The notes under the pieces were generated by a model, which was not told the origin of the DNA, did no database searches, and saw nothing but the letters and a program-made list of their open reading frames with translations. A stretch of 63,456 nucleotides of DNA, the filler included, from Chiloscyllium plagiosum (lineage: Eukaryota): assembly GCF_004010195.1 (NCBI RefSeq). It is 4 parts of one record of this genome, joined end to end, with 100 filler letters (N's around TTAATTAATTAA, not from the genome) between each part and the next. Parts side by side here need not be neighbours in the genome. Positions count along the whole stretch, not along the records: positions 1 to 29,572 come from NC_057716.1; 3 more parts are not named here. One strand, written 5' to 3'. This document shows, in pieces, positions 1 through 12,413 of this stretch. Each line of letters begins with the position of its first letter. The stretch's first letter is position 1. The position numbers were made by a program, and so were the translations under genes.

Positions 1-1124
1 TCATATCACGACGCCTGATGCCTCCATTGAGTTCAGGAACATTCCACTCATCTTTATTGGCGTCAACTCTCTGAACTGTCTTGATTTGAGAAGTGAATGT
101 GCTGGCCATGTATCTACCAAAAAGGTAACTGGTGTACCTTCCACGTATAACATCGAGGTAGGCATCGACATATACACATCATTGGTTCATTGAATATATT
201 GTCCACACTCCGCAATCTCAATATTCAATATAGAGTTGGGATACATCTCAGTGCCCGTTAGGTTAGTAGAAGTGATTAGCATAAGGGATTCTTCATAGCC
301 AAATATAAAGGAAAGAGGCTTACCTGTACCTTGTGGCCTGCCCACCTCAACCTCAGTCGTCCCCTGTCAGTCACTATGCTGTCCAGCCTCCAGGACCGAT
401 TGAGGCTGTCTGTGCGGGCACTGTCTCGACTAGTGGTCCATTGCTCCTCAAACAAAGCACTAGCCAGATCTATCTCTGCAAGCACACTTCCGCGATCCCT
501 TCCTCTTTTGCGAACTCCACCTTTGCCTCTCTCTTTTCCCGCAGTTCCTCACTCCAACGGCTGAACAACCATTTGCATCATAATAAGCTGAGGTTTATGT
601 GATTGCTGTTGCATCTTTAATTTCCGATTATGGTTCTCTTGAGCCAGCAATTTTTCAGCATGTATCACGTATTGTTCTATCTAATTCAGCTTTCCCGTTT
701 TCCCGTTAATACCCGTATATTTTACCTATTTTGTTGTTTCGTACTTCATTCCATTGATGAAGCTGCTCCTCAGGTCTGCCTCATATGGTGTGATGTCTGC
801 CGTCGCTATGTCCTTGGGTGGTATCAGTCCACAATAGACGTCATCGACTTTCGTGAGGCACTTAAGGTACTGGGACATTGTCTCAACTTCTTTAGGGATT
901 CTTGCTTCAATTGATTGTGGGTACGATATGCTATTGGTGATTCAGAAGACCCTGAGGCGGCGACCGTTGACTTGGATCTGATCCAGTCTTAAGACACTGT
1001 ACAGCTTCATTAGGTTGTTTTCCGTGTTTGTGTGTGCATGTGCGTTGGTGTTTGTACGTGTACTTGATCTATCCTTTATTCGAGATTTTCTTTCCCTGAA
1101 ATCAGGCTCAGCCTTCAACATGTT
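1..1124 (-). mobile_element. gag-pro: Endogenous retrovirus remnant A (gamma/epsilon-like): gag capsid/nucleocapsid and protease, disrupted
   Basis: Manual minus-strand translation gives the protease motif VEGTPVTFLVDT(W)PAHSLL (catalytic D at 112-114; compare MLV-type VTFLVDTGA). It also gives a CCHC knuckle CFV*GAMDH*SRQC at 418-459 and capsid-like ETMSQYLKCLTKV...PYEADLRSSFINGMK. Multiple stops are present. Confidence 0.85.
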
Positions 1125-4100
1125 ATAAGCACTGCTGTTCAGAAGGGCGGGAAAACGATTCGTAGGACCATTGTCACAGGGAGTTCTCTTGTGAAGGGTG
1201 TAGATAGGCGGTTCTGTGGCCGGAATGGGACTTCTGGATGGTATGTTGCCTCACAGGTGCTCAGGTCAGGTATGCCACCGATCAGCTGCAGAGCGTTCTA
1301 AAAGGGGAGGGTGAACAGCCAGTTGTCTTGGTGCTTATGGACACCAACGATATAAGTAGAAAATGAGATGAGGTCCTCAAAGAAGAATTCAGGGAGCTAG
1401 AAGAGAAGTTAAAGAGGAGGACCTCAAAGGTAGTGATCTCGGGATTACTACCAGTGCCACGTGCTAGCCAGCGTAGAAATGAAAAAAAAGACAGGTTGAA
1501 CACATGGTTTGAGAGATGGTGTAGAAGGGAGGGGCTCAATTTGTGGAACATTGGGATCGGTTATGGGTCAGGTGGGACTATTACAAAATGGACGGTCTAC
1601 ATCTGAACCAGACTGGAACCGATGTCCTTCGTGGATTTTTTGCTACTGCATTTGGGATTATTTAAACTAATGTGGCAGGAGACTGGGAACCAGAAGAGAA
1701 AATAAGTAGGCAGTGATGTGGACACCGGAGACGGTAAGAATTATGGAGATTGCATTCATAAAGGGAAGAGTAGACAGAGAGTAGATGAGCACAAAAAAAC
1801 TGGGAGCCTAAAATGCATCTACTTTATTTCAAGGAGTATCGTGTGAAAGGCAGATAAACTTAGGGCTTGGATTGGTGCCTGGGAGTATCACGTCATTGCA
1901 ATCACAGAGGCTTGGTTGAAGGAAGGGCATGAAGATTGGCAATTAAACCTCCCTGGATATAGACCCTTCAGATAGGACAGGGAGGGAAGTAAAAGGGAGG
2001 GGTGGAGTTGCATTGCTGGTCAAGGATGATATCACGGCTGTGCTAAAGGAGCACACTACGGAGGTCTTGTTTAGTGAGGCATTATGGGTGGAGCAGAGAA
2101 ATTAGACGAGTGTAGTTACACTGTTGGGGCTGTATTACAGGCCTTCCAAAAGTGAGCGTGTGGTAGAAGAACAAATAGGTAAACAGATTTTGGAAATATG
2201 CAGAGTCAACAGGGTAGTGGTGATGAGAGATTTTAATTTTCCCAACATTGACTGGGATATACTTAGCGTCAGAGGTCTGGATGGGGTGGAATTTGTAAGA
2301 AATGTCCAGGAGAGTTTTCTACTGCAGTATGTCAATAGTCCGACGAGGGAAGGGTCATATTGGACCTGGTACTGGGGAACTAGCCTGGACAGGTGGTAGA
2401 TTTTGCGGTGGGGGATTTCTTTGGGAACAGTAACCACAATTCTGTAAGTTTTAGAATACTCATGGATAAAGAAGAGAGTGGTCCTAAGGGAAGAGTACTA
2501 AACTGAGCCAAGACCAATTATATCAAAATTCGGCAGAAGCTCGGAAATGTGGAATGGACACAGCTATTTGAAGGGAATTCCACATTTGAGACGTGAGATG
2601 CTTTGAAAGGTAGGTTAAGGATAGTGCAGGATAGGCATGTCCCGTTGAAGCAAAGGATAGGAAGTGCAACATTCGTGAACCGTGGATGACAGCAGAAATT
2701 CTACGAGAAGCCAAGAGGAAAAGGGAAGCATACATAAGGTCTAGGCAGCTAAGAAGAGAACGGGCCCTGGAAGGATATCGGAAAAGTAGGACAAGTCTTA
2801 AACGAGGAATCAAGCGAGCTTAAACGGGTTATGAAATAACTTTAGAGTGCAGAATTAAGGAGAATCACTAAGCATTTTATTCTTATACAAGAAGCAAGAG
2901 AGTAACTAGAGAAAGGATTGGTCCACTAAAGGATAACGAAGCAAGGCTGTGTGTCGAACCTGAGAGAATGGGTGAGATTCTGAATGATTACTTTGCATCA
3001 GTGTTCACTGAGGAGAGGAACATGATGAATGTTGAGATTAGAGATAGAAGTTTGATTAGTCTTGATCATGCTGACATAAGTAGCGAAGATGTGTTGGGTA
3101 GGCTAGTGGTTATTAAGGTGGACAAATCCCCAGGACCGGATGGGATCTATCCCAAGTTGCTGAGGGAGGCGAGAGGGGAAATAGCTGTGGTCCTGACAGA
3201 TATATTTGTGGAATCCTTAAATACAGGTGAGGTGCCGAAGGATTGGAGGGTAGCTTATGTTGTCCCCCTGTACAAGAAGGGTCGTAGGAATATTCTGGGT
3301 TACCAAAGACGAGTGTGCATGACATCAGTGGTGGGAAAGTTGCTGGAGAAGGTACTGAGGGATAGGATTTACTTATATTTAGAAAAGAATGGGTTTACAG
3401 TGATAGGCAAAATGGTTTTGTGCAGGGGAGATCGTGCCTTACCAACTTAATTGAGCTCTTTGAGGAAGTGAGCAATTTGCTAGATGAAAGACGGGCTGTA
3501 CATGTCATATACATGGACTTTAGTAAGGCGTTTCATAAGATTCCTCTTGGTAGACTAATGGAGAAATTGAAGTCAAATGGTGTGCAGAGTATTCTAGCTA
3601 GGTGGATAAAGAACTGGTTGAGAAACAGGAGACAGAGAGGAGTATTTGAAAGGAGTTTCTCGAAATGGTGAAAGGTGACCAGTGGTGATCCACAGGGGTC
3701 AGTGTTGGGGCAACTGTTGTTTGTAATATAAATAAATGATCTGGAAGAGGACACTGTTGGTATGATCAGCAAGATTGCAGATGACACGAAGATTGTTGGA
3801 GTAGCAGAAAGCATAAGGGACTGTCAGAGAATGCAGGAGGATATATAGGGACTGGAGATTTGGGCGGAAAGTGACAGATAGTTTTCAATCCAGACAAATG
3901 TGAGGTAATGCATGCAGGCAAGACTAATTCTGGAGTGAATTATACAATGAACGGAAGAGCCTTGAGAAAGGTTGTTGGGCAGAGAGATCTGGGAGTGCAG
4001 GTCTATTGTATCCTGACGGTTGCTGCACGGTGGATACAGTAGTCAAGAAGGCATATGGTTTGCTTGCCTTCATTGGACGGCGTATTGAGTATACGAGCTG

Positions 4101-4675
4101 ACAAGTCATGTTAACATTGTACAAGACATTGGTTCAGCCGCACTTAGAAATCTGAATACAGTTGTGGTCGCCACATTATCAAAAGGATATGAACGCCTTT
4201 TGGAGGGTGCAAAGAAGATTTATTAGGATGGAAGGTGCTGACTATGAAGGAAGGTTGAGTAGGTTAGGTTTATTTTCATTAATCAAAAGGAGATTGAGGG
4301 GGGACCTGATTGACGTTTACAAAATCGTGAAGGGTATAGACAGGGTGGATAGAGACAAGCTTTTTCCCAGGGTGAAGGATTCAATAACGAGAGGTCATGC
4401 TTTCAAGGTGAGAGGTGGAAAGATTAAGGGGGATACACGCGGCAAGTAGTTCACACAGAAGGTGTTGGCCGTTTGGAAGGCGTTGCCAGCAGAGGTGGTA
4501 GAGGCAGGCACGGTAGATTCATTTAAGATGCTTGTGGACAGATGTAGTAGATGGAGAGCAGAGGGATACTGATGCTTAGGAATTGACCGACAGGTTTAGA
4601 CAGTACATTTGGATCGGCTCAGACTTGGAGGCCGAAGGGCCTGTTCCTGGGCTGTAAATTTCCTTTGTTCTTTTT
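1125..4675 (+). mobile_element. CR1-clade (HER1-like) LINE, near full length, mutated; inserted in ERV A
   Basis: ORF1 esterase remnant (IVTGSSLVKGVDRRFCG, MVCCL) is followed by AP-endonuclease (IAITEAWL, GLYYRPS, DFNFPNIDW) and RT (KSPGPDGI, YMDFSKAF, PQGSVLG, IADDTK). It ends in a typical CR1 3' tail GGGCCTGTTCC...TTGTTCTT. Confidence 0.95.
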
Positions 4676-4679
4676 TGTT

Positions 4680-5635
4680 AACTTATACATTCCTTTTCAT
4701 ATTGTATTTATGAGAAGGTGAGAGGTTGGGAAGTGCTTTTGCCAAAAAGGACCGGAATGTCCTTGGTCAGACATCACGAACAGAATTCATGCATGGCATC
4801 CATTAACCAGGACAGGAAATGAAATGTCAGTCTTCATTACAAAATGAATCATGTGTAGGAGTTGTGGAGTGCTGTTGAGGCAGTATTTCGGCTATTGTGG
4901 ACAGACTTTCTGACCTTTCTAAATCAATGGTCTCCTTGTCACAGAGGCAGTGCAAAGCTGTTTTATCAGAATAATATCTGGGATGATGGTAAAATGAAGA
5001 GAGTGTGAAGGAATGGACTTCCATATGCAAAGAGTGTGTTTGTGGCTGTCCATATGATAGTGACAGGTGTTGCCCTCGCTCTAACTACCACCCTTGATAG
5101 TTTCGGGCTTGGTATCCTCACCTTGCACGCGGGAGTTGAGGGTGCAATTCTCTGCGGCAGAAAACCATAGAGTTTTGGAGCAGAAAGATGTGAAGCTCCA
5201 GTCCTCGGAGTTGTTGTTGGAATTTTCAGCGGAGCTGGCTGACAACATGCGCGCTGCATTCATAAAGTTCATCTAGCCAGTAAATGCCACGGACAGCTGT
5301 TCTGCATATCGATTTGCAGGACACTGAGTATCTCTGATCCCGGGAGTTGGAACTGGGATTATATGACTGTTTGCAGCACTGGTTACTTCCTTGTGTGAAG
5401 TACCTCCTGATGGAACACATGTAAAAGTCTATTGCTCATTGAGAAATACATACAAAATAGTAGCCCAGAACAGTATTTCTGTTGTGTTTCTAGTGCTACT
5501 CTTGACATGCCCTACAACACTGTACTTAATCTGAGCTTCCTGAAGATTAAGTGAGCGCTTCTATGATCGTATTGTGGGCAGTAATCTGCGTTTTAACTTC
5601 ATGAACGCGCGTGTGAAGCCCAGGTCCACCAATGT
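4680..5635 (-). mobile_element. Probable 5' part of ERV A (leader / gag matrix)
   Basis: It lies on the far side of the CR1 insertion. A frameshifted matrix-like SQ*AIDFYM/VPSGGT motif occurs near 5400-5445. A minus-strand ACA-T-TGG junction at 5629-5635 resembles an LTR end plus PBS start, but the primer tRNA could not be assigned. Confidence 0.4.
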
Positions 5636-7191
5636 CTTTTTTGTCTTTCTCTTATCACGTGCAATTACAACACAGTAAATAATCAATTAATATTGGAAGA
5701 TGACATTCAGAGGCGTGCGAAATGCCGAGATTTTAGTGATATTTATGCAATGATTAGAGATTGCCATGATTCAGGAAATAAGGATGTAAAATGTGTTTTG
5801 TGTCGAGATAAAGAACAGTGAGAAAAGAAGTCAGTAGCAGGTGTAGTTGTCAAGCCCACTCGCAGTAACCAGAGTGAGAAATAAGACGTACAAGAAAAAG
5901 TACTGTGTGTGAGTGCTAAAAGATGGCAGTAATCATGGGTGATCTTAATTTCCCCTCTCCCACTCCCGGTTCTATTGTAAAGAATGTTTGGAGAACAATA
6001 ATCAATAAAATACGTATGGCCCATAGACCAACACAAGCCAGATATAGGTCATCGATTACTTTACAGGCGACTGAGTTTCCGTCTTTTCTTGGAAACCACG
6101 TGAACCACACATTTATTGGGTTTCTTTCCATATTAATATTAGTCTATCTTTTGATTATTCCTAACAAAGTCTCACACTCACAACATGAAACTGCAAGATT
6201 TCTCCATTCACTCATACTATCATTATCTTTTTGCAGTTTTGCACGTCCTCATCAAAATAAGCCCGCTCACTGATTGCGTATCGGCAGCAGAACTGGACAC
6301 ATTTCACTCTGCCACTTCCTTCAAGCCATTAAGACAGAGAAATCATTGAAGCCCGATGACTGACCATTCTGGAGTTCACTAATTATATTTTTTCAACTTG
6401 AAACTTGTTCAATAATCCCGATTCGGTGACTTCTTGTGAGTAGACAGTGGACAGTTAATGCTGATTTATTACCCAACACCGTGAGCTCTCTCACTGTGCA
6501 ATGATCTATTATATGGCTCCTAATTGAGTATTTGACAGAAATTCGAAAGGACTGTACCGAACAGCTCCCTTGATCAGCTCCGCTGGTCATGTTAGCAAAG
6601 AAATCTGGCAAACTGGCAAGTGTCATTTTCCTTTCAATAAATAATGTTGACTCAGTTTGAGTGCAAACACCTCTTCCTAACGTTGTGTTTTTACTCATTT
6701 TAAATGGTGCCTAGCATTTTCCAAATGACAGTAAAGACATTAGAGCAGATAAAAGCATTTTAGTCCATCAAGTCAGCGAAAGCTTTCAATGATATCTCGG
6801 CTTATTTGTATAATCCTCAACTCTACTTTTAGCCTTATCTCCGTGGCCCTTGATTGCGGGCTGACTAAATAACTGTCTATCTCAGCCTTGAATGTACCCA
6901 TTCTTGACAGACCTCTTTTGGATGCATTTCCACAGACTTGCTATCCTCCGAAGGAGAGAATATTTTCCTCACGTCAGTCTGACATGTTTGACCCCATCTG
7001 CTGTGATCAGGCCCACTGGTCCCACATCTTCCCAGGTGTAAATCAGAGCAGAATAAACAGCGGAAGATCGGTCTTCACTCTGCAGAACCAGTTATGATTA
7101 TTTGAAACATTTTCATATCTTGACCTCAGATGACACAAACAGACATGAATTGCACATTAGATTTGCCAAAAGCGAATCTTCTTCAAGATCA

Positions 7192-8078
7192 CATAGAATC
7201 ATAGAGTCATAGAGATGCACATCATGGAAACAGACACTTCAGTCCAACCCGTCCATGCCGACAGATATCCCAACCCAATCGAGTCACACCTGCCAGCACC
7301 CGGCCCATATCCCTCCAAACCCTTTCCATTCATTTGTCCATCAAAATGCCTCTTAAATGTTTCAATTGTACCGGCCTCCACCACATCCTCTGGCAGGTCA
7401 TTCCATACACGTGCCACCCTCTGCGTGAAAACATTGCTGCATAGGTCTCTTTTATATCTTTCACCTCTAACCCTAAACCTATGCCCTCTAGTTATTGACT
7501 CCCCGACCCCAGGAAAACGACTTTGTCGATTAATCCTATCCATGCCCCTCATAATTTTGTAAACCTCGAGAATGTCACCCCTCAGCCTCCGACGCAACAA
7601 GGAAAATAGCCCCAGCCTGATCAGCCTCTACCTGCAGCTCAGATCCTCCAACCCTGGTAACATCCTTGTAAATCTATTCTGAACCCTTTCAATCTTCACA
7701 ACATGTGTCCGATAGGAAGGTGAACTAAATTGCACGCAATATTCCAACATTGGCTTAAACAATGTCCTTTATAGCCGCAACATGACCTCTCAACACCTGT
7801 ACTCAGTACTCTGACCAAGAAAGGAAAGCATACCAGACGCCTTGTTCACTATTCTACCTACCTGCGACTCCACTTTCAAGGAGCTACGAACCTGCATTCG
7901 AAGGTCTCCTTGTTCAGCAACACTCCCTAGGATCTTATCATTAATGGCATAAGTCCTGCTAAGATTTGCTTTCCCAAAATACAGCACCTCGCATTTATCT
8001 CAATTAAATTCCTGCTTCCACTTCTCAGCCAATTGACCCATCTGGTACAGATCCTGTTGTAATCTGAGGTAACCCTCA
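7192..8078 (-). mobile_element. CR1 LINE 3' fragment
   Basis: ORF2 C-terminus (RRRLRGDILEVYKIMRGMD...VWNDLPEDVVEAG) with a CATAGA(A/G)T-repeat tail at the left end. Confidence 0.95.
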
Positions 8079-8203
8079 GTAACTCAGCTGGCGATGAAAG
8101 CACTGGACCAATACAACAACGTTTTTATTTTTTCCATCCATTGAAATGTTTATTAAACTCTCTGCACATGAAAATGGATCTTTCCCATACACGTTAATGG
8201 ATA

Positions 8204-8477
8204 AAATTCCCTCCAGTGTGGCCCTTTGGCCCTACCAGTCCACAATGACCCTCTGAAGAGTAACCCACCCAGACTCATTTCCCCGTGAGTAATGTACAGA
8301 ACACTATGGGCAATTTACCACGGCAAATTCACCTGACGAACACATGTTTGGACTGTGGAAGGAAACCCACGCAGACAGGGGGAGAATGTGCAAACATCAC
8401 ACAGACAGTGGCCCGACGTTGGAAGCAAACCTGGGACCATGGTGCTGTGAGGCAGCAGTGCTAACTGCTGAGCCACA
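8204..8477 (-). mobile_element. HE1-type V-SINE
   Basis: Reverse complement shows a tRNA-like head GTGGCTCAGCAGTTAGCACTGCTGCCTCACAGC, the V-domain TTTGCACATTCTCCCC..TCTGCGTGGGTTTCC and a CR1-like tail. Confidence 0.9.
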
Positions 8478-8656
8478 ATTATCTCTCATCAACGCGTGTA
8501 ATTCAACTGGATCTCCCAGCATCCTACTCCGTTCTGAACCAAGAGAGGGGGACAGCGAATGCTGGGGTCAGGCTGCGGACCGGGCAAGCCAAATACTGGT
8601 GTTTCAAGTTGAAAAAAATTATTTCATGAAATGTATTAAGCACTGGAGTTAAATGT

Positions 8657-8738
8657 GTAGACAGGTCCGAGTGGGAAAGGTGATGGGTTAGAAATCCATT
8701 GGGACTTCCCCACGCAGTTTCGAATTCTGCCGACTACG
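8657..8738 (+). pseudogene. tRNA-Ser(AGA) pseudogene
   Basis: 82 nt colinear with vertebrate tRNA-Ser-AGA (GTAG...CCGAGTGG...TAGAAATCCATTGGG...CTGCCGACTACG) and followed by TTTT. Acceptor, D and T arms are mismatched and the B box is mutated (GTTTCGAATTC). Confidence 0.9.
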
Positions 8739-10283
8739 TTTTCAATGATTGCAAAAGGACGATTTCGCGCTCAAACTTGTAAAAAGAACAATCTCAACAA
8801 ACCATGCCAGTTTTTCGATTTGATTTTGTAACCTCGAGTTCTTAATCTGAACTGTGCCACGATCAAAACCTTGACCGTTTCTCTTTCCATGGATACTACT
8901 GGACGCATCGACTTTCTGCAGTATTCTCTGAATATACTGTGCAAAAGTGCAACTTTACATTCGATTCCGTTCATCACAGTCCTCCATGTACTGACACTGG
9001 ACGGTGGCAGGTTTTCTTCCTGTTCGTCAAAGCGCCCATCCCCACCGCTCCCTCCCACATCATTATAAACAGCCGCAGGAAATGTCTGGTTCACCTTCTT
9101 CGCTCCAAAGTGAAACTTACCAGCCTCTGGACTTTCTCCTCATAAAGGGAATTCTCATCCCCGGACATGGTGCAAGACAAAGGATAGTGAAGAGATTTTG
9201 GGGACATATTGACATTTGAGAGCGGAACAAATGTCAAGGAGGCAAAACATGGAAACCAGTTTCCAGCTTTGTGGATCTTCAGAAACGTTTTGGGAAGTGG
9301 AATCGGAGGGGAATGAGCAAGGGTGAACTGTCGGACTGAGCAGAAACAGTCAAGACAGCTTCCCCCTCTTTAAGGGGACGGGGCATTAACTCTGATGTTT
9401 TCGGGACACGAACCGATCTGAGACATTGAAAGATTTCTCGTTTTTGTATATGAGGACTCCAGGACATTGAAAAAGCTCAGGTCAGACAAAAACTGAGAGG
9501 CTGGAACCCAGACTGTCCCGATTGTGGGAGAGAGGCTTCCCAGTGACATGGGTACGCCTGCAGTGAGTGGGATCAGACTGTTCCTAGGTCTCCATAATGA
9601 GCGTCCCAGGCTCTATTTTGGAAGAAATACATCTGATAGAGGACAGTTGTCATTCCGGGAAGGCAGACTGAAGTTGAGATTCAGTTACCGCCTATTTTGG
9701 AGGATCGTGCGATGTGCTGGATTGCACGTGTCAGCGCATTAGTCTGCAGAATGAAAGATAGCTGATTCAAGAGTCCCCAGGGCGACAGCGATTGCTGCCC
9801 TTAATGCATCTGTTTGCTTTGCTGCACTGGTTCGATTTCTAATGAGGTCAAAAGATATTCTTCCAATGGAAACACTATCGTGTGACTAACCACAATGACA
9901 TTTCCACATTGCTGTCAAGATTAATGTCAAGAACTGTGACTTGTGGGAATCTGAAACCAAAAAGAAACTGCTGCAGAAACAAGCCAATTTGGGAATAGCT
10001 TTGGGAGAAAGCACAGCGCTGATGACGTTCTGAGACATTGCTTATTAATGTCTCTCCAGAACTGCTGCTAAACCTGCTGAGGTTTTCTTGCAAGTTCTGT
10101 TTTTATTATAACTGAATGCCCATTTCATCCGTCAGGATGATGCAGCCAGCCTCACCACGCACCGAAATTTTACATGTTTGCAAGCTGTGTAACGATTGTA
10201 TTCAAATAAACCCAATAATGATTTACTCTTCCTCAGCTCCACAAGGAAAGAGAACTGAGAAGTGAATTGCACAGAGTCGTCCT

Positions 10284-10365
10284 GTCGTCCTGGATGAGTG
10301 GTTAAGGCAATGGAATTGAAATTCCTATGGCTTTAATCATGCAGCCTCGAATCCTACAGATGGCG
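10284..10365 (+). pseudogene. tRNA-Ser(TGA) pseudogene
   Basis: 82 nt retaining GAGTGGTTAAGGC, TGGAATTGAAAT and GCAG..TCGAATCCT; heavily decayed. Confidence 0.75.
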
Positions 10366-11115
10366 ATGGAGAAATGCCAATAATTGAGAAGAGAAATTGC
10401 TCCCTGACTTCGACTGGAATAGTCAGCTTAAAAACAAAAACGGACAAATTGGGCATGGTGGGACTCTGCAACCGACTGCCTGTCAGGGTGCAGCAAGCAG
10501 AAATTTCTAGGGAAATTTGAGACGCATTGAGATGTACACTTCTACCACCAACTGCGGTTTAAGCTGTGAGCCAACTGTTGGAAAATGAGACGAGAACAGA
10601 CAGGGACTTGTGTTCGACTGGTGCAAACTTGTTCAGCTGAAGTACATTTTCTGTGCTGCAGAAATCTTTGACATGCTGCGTTGAGGTGGTCGGAGAAACT
10701 GGCGGATGTGAAGCACGTTAAACTGGTCTCATCCTGACATCTCTCCTGCTCTCGGGGGATTTGTCTGTCTATCCACCTGTGTGGATGAAAATGAGGATGA
10801 TTTCCTCAGGGCGATTACCATACAGTGTGACCACGTCAAAGTTCAGTCCTATCATTGTGTCATTTAAAGCACAGGGAGTATCTCATTGAAATTTACCCTG
10901 GAAACATCAGAACATGCAAGGTTAAGTGCCTCATGCCGGAAACTGGGACAAGAGGAGATGAATATTCGGTCTCCCGCACTGCAGTTATGCGGAAAGGCCT
11001 TTTCCACGCTGAAAGAAATGGAAGAAAGAAGGAAATTGATGTGCAGCTAAAATGATCACAAATGAAAAAATAAAACGTGATTCATTAAGGAAACAAACAG
11101 CGCCATATTTCAATT

Positions 11116-11187
11116 TCCCTGAAAGTCTAGTGGTAAGGATTCAGTATTCTTACTACTGTGGCAATGGGAGATTTCCTCTGACGGGTT
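11116..11187 (+). pseudogene. tRNA-Glu(CTC)-derived pseudogene
   Basis: 5' half TCCCTGAAAGTCTAGTGGTAAGGATTC matches tRNA-Glu TCCCTGGTGGTCTAGTGGTTAGGATTC; the 3' half is decayed and the B box lost. Confidence 0.7.
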
Positions 11188-12340
11188 ATCTTGTCGACAG
11201 CCTTGCAAAGCAGGGAATGTTGTATGATGCTGGCAATTGATGGCGTTTTGTCACAAACAGTATTCAGACTGAGATCAAACACAAGAAACATGCTGAGCCG
11301 TCACTTTCGCGATATTGGATCAACAATACAGTTTTTACAATAAGTTTATGCAATGAACTTTCAATGTACGGAATATTTCAGAGCATTTGACACCATACTT
11401 GCCTGGTTATTACCAGATGCTTTAACTGACAAAGCCACATACGATGTTCTTCAAATCCGTTTGTGCTTTTAATTAACTATTTGATCACAGTAACTCGGAC
11501 TTCCTTGCAGTAATAAAGCTGCTCAATGAGAATATATATCAACCTGCGCTTAGGCAGGAAAGAACAGGTCACAGCTGGTCTTCCTTCAGTGAAAATTCAC
11601 CGAAAGGGGCAATCTCTTCTTGCTTTGCTTTCAAACTATTGCCTTCCCCTCTGAATCTGACAGGATAAAGAGGATGCGTTTATCCTCTCGGGGCCGATAA
11701 AACGCGTGAATATGCACAGAGGGCATCTCATACCAAAAGATCAGGGTAATTGTGGTGAATTTACCAGGAGTAGTGTGTGAGTCGGTGTTAACAGTGCTAA
11801 CACATTAGCAATGACGTTGAGCCTTGCACCAACAGCACCTCACTCACTTCTTGCCTCACGTCTCCCAGTCATCATTGATCCTATGCCCCCTTCGAAACTT
11901 TTCACTTGTTCCCGAATACTTTCGGGTTTCCTCTTCGAAATTGCAGCCGTTTGAAACGAATTTCTGCAGTATGAACGTCACTCTTTTTGTTCAGCTTCAC
12001 TGCCCATCCATAATTACTCCAGAGCTTGCGATAGTAAGTTACTTTACAGAATCCTGGAAGTACTCAGCTCAGAGATGCATCCATGATGTTGCCAGCGAGG
12101 GAGTTCCGAGAATTAAAACAAACGACATTGAAGGAACAGTGAGATAGTTTCAGTTGAGAAAGGCGAGATTCTTAGAGGCGATTTGCGGTGAGAGGTGTCT
12201 CGTGTATCTGCCGCAATGATACTTCTTGTTGGAGGCAATCAATCACTGGATTGATTCTGGCAGATCCGCGTCTGTGCTCTGTGTGGAAGCAGGAAATAGT
12301 TTTCATTCAGATAAACCAAAAGAAGAGAAATAAATCTTTA

Positions 12341-12413
12341 TTTCCTGAATGCGAATTGGATCCAGGTCTGTGCGATTAAAACTCAGACTCTGAAGCAGGG
12401 ACTCCACTGATGC
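12341..12413 (-). pseudogene. Possible highly decayed tRNA-Glu(TTC) pseudogene
   Basis: Minus strand GAGTCTGAGTTTTAATCGCACAGACCTGGATCCAATTCGCATTCAGG is ungapped-colinear with the 3' two-thirds of tRNA-Glu-TTC; the 5' part does not match. Confidence 0.35.

Larger units (their letters stand above)
6180..10110. repeat. Old direct segmental duplication, copy A (paralog 13778-16030)
   Basis: 6180-7190 aligns by eye to 13778-14750 and 8800-10110 to 14790-16030 (e.g. shared CATTTCACTCTGCCACTTCCT and ACAGTCAAGACAGCTTCCCC). Copy A additionally carries a CR1, an HE1 SINE and tRNA-Ser. Confidence 0.85.

Noticed and set aside
418..459. TGG-to-stop changes in both ERV zinc knuckles as APOBEC-type hypermutation
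   Set aside because: Too few sites and no consensus to test against; ordinary decay suffices.
9279..9467. Shared peptide PLKEGEAVLTVSA in both old-duplication copies as a conserved exon
   Set aside because: Flanking stops and indels differ between copies, and nucleotide identity alone explains the match.
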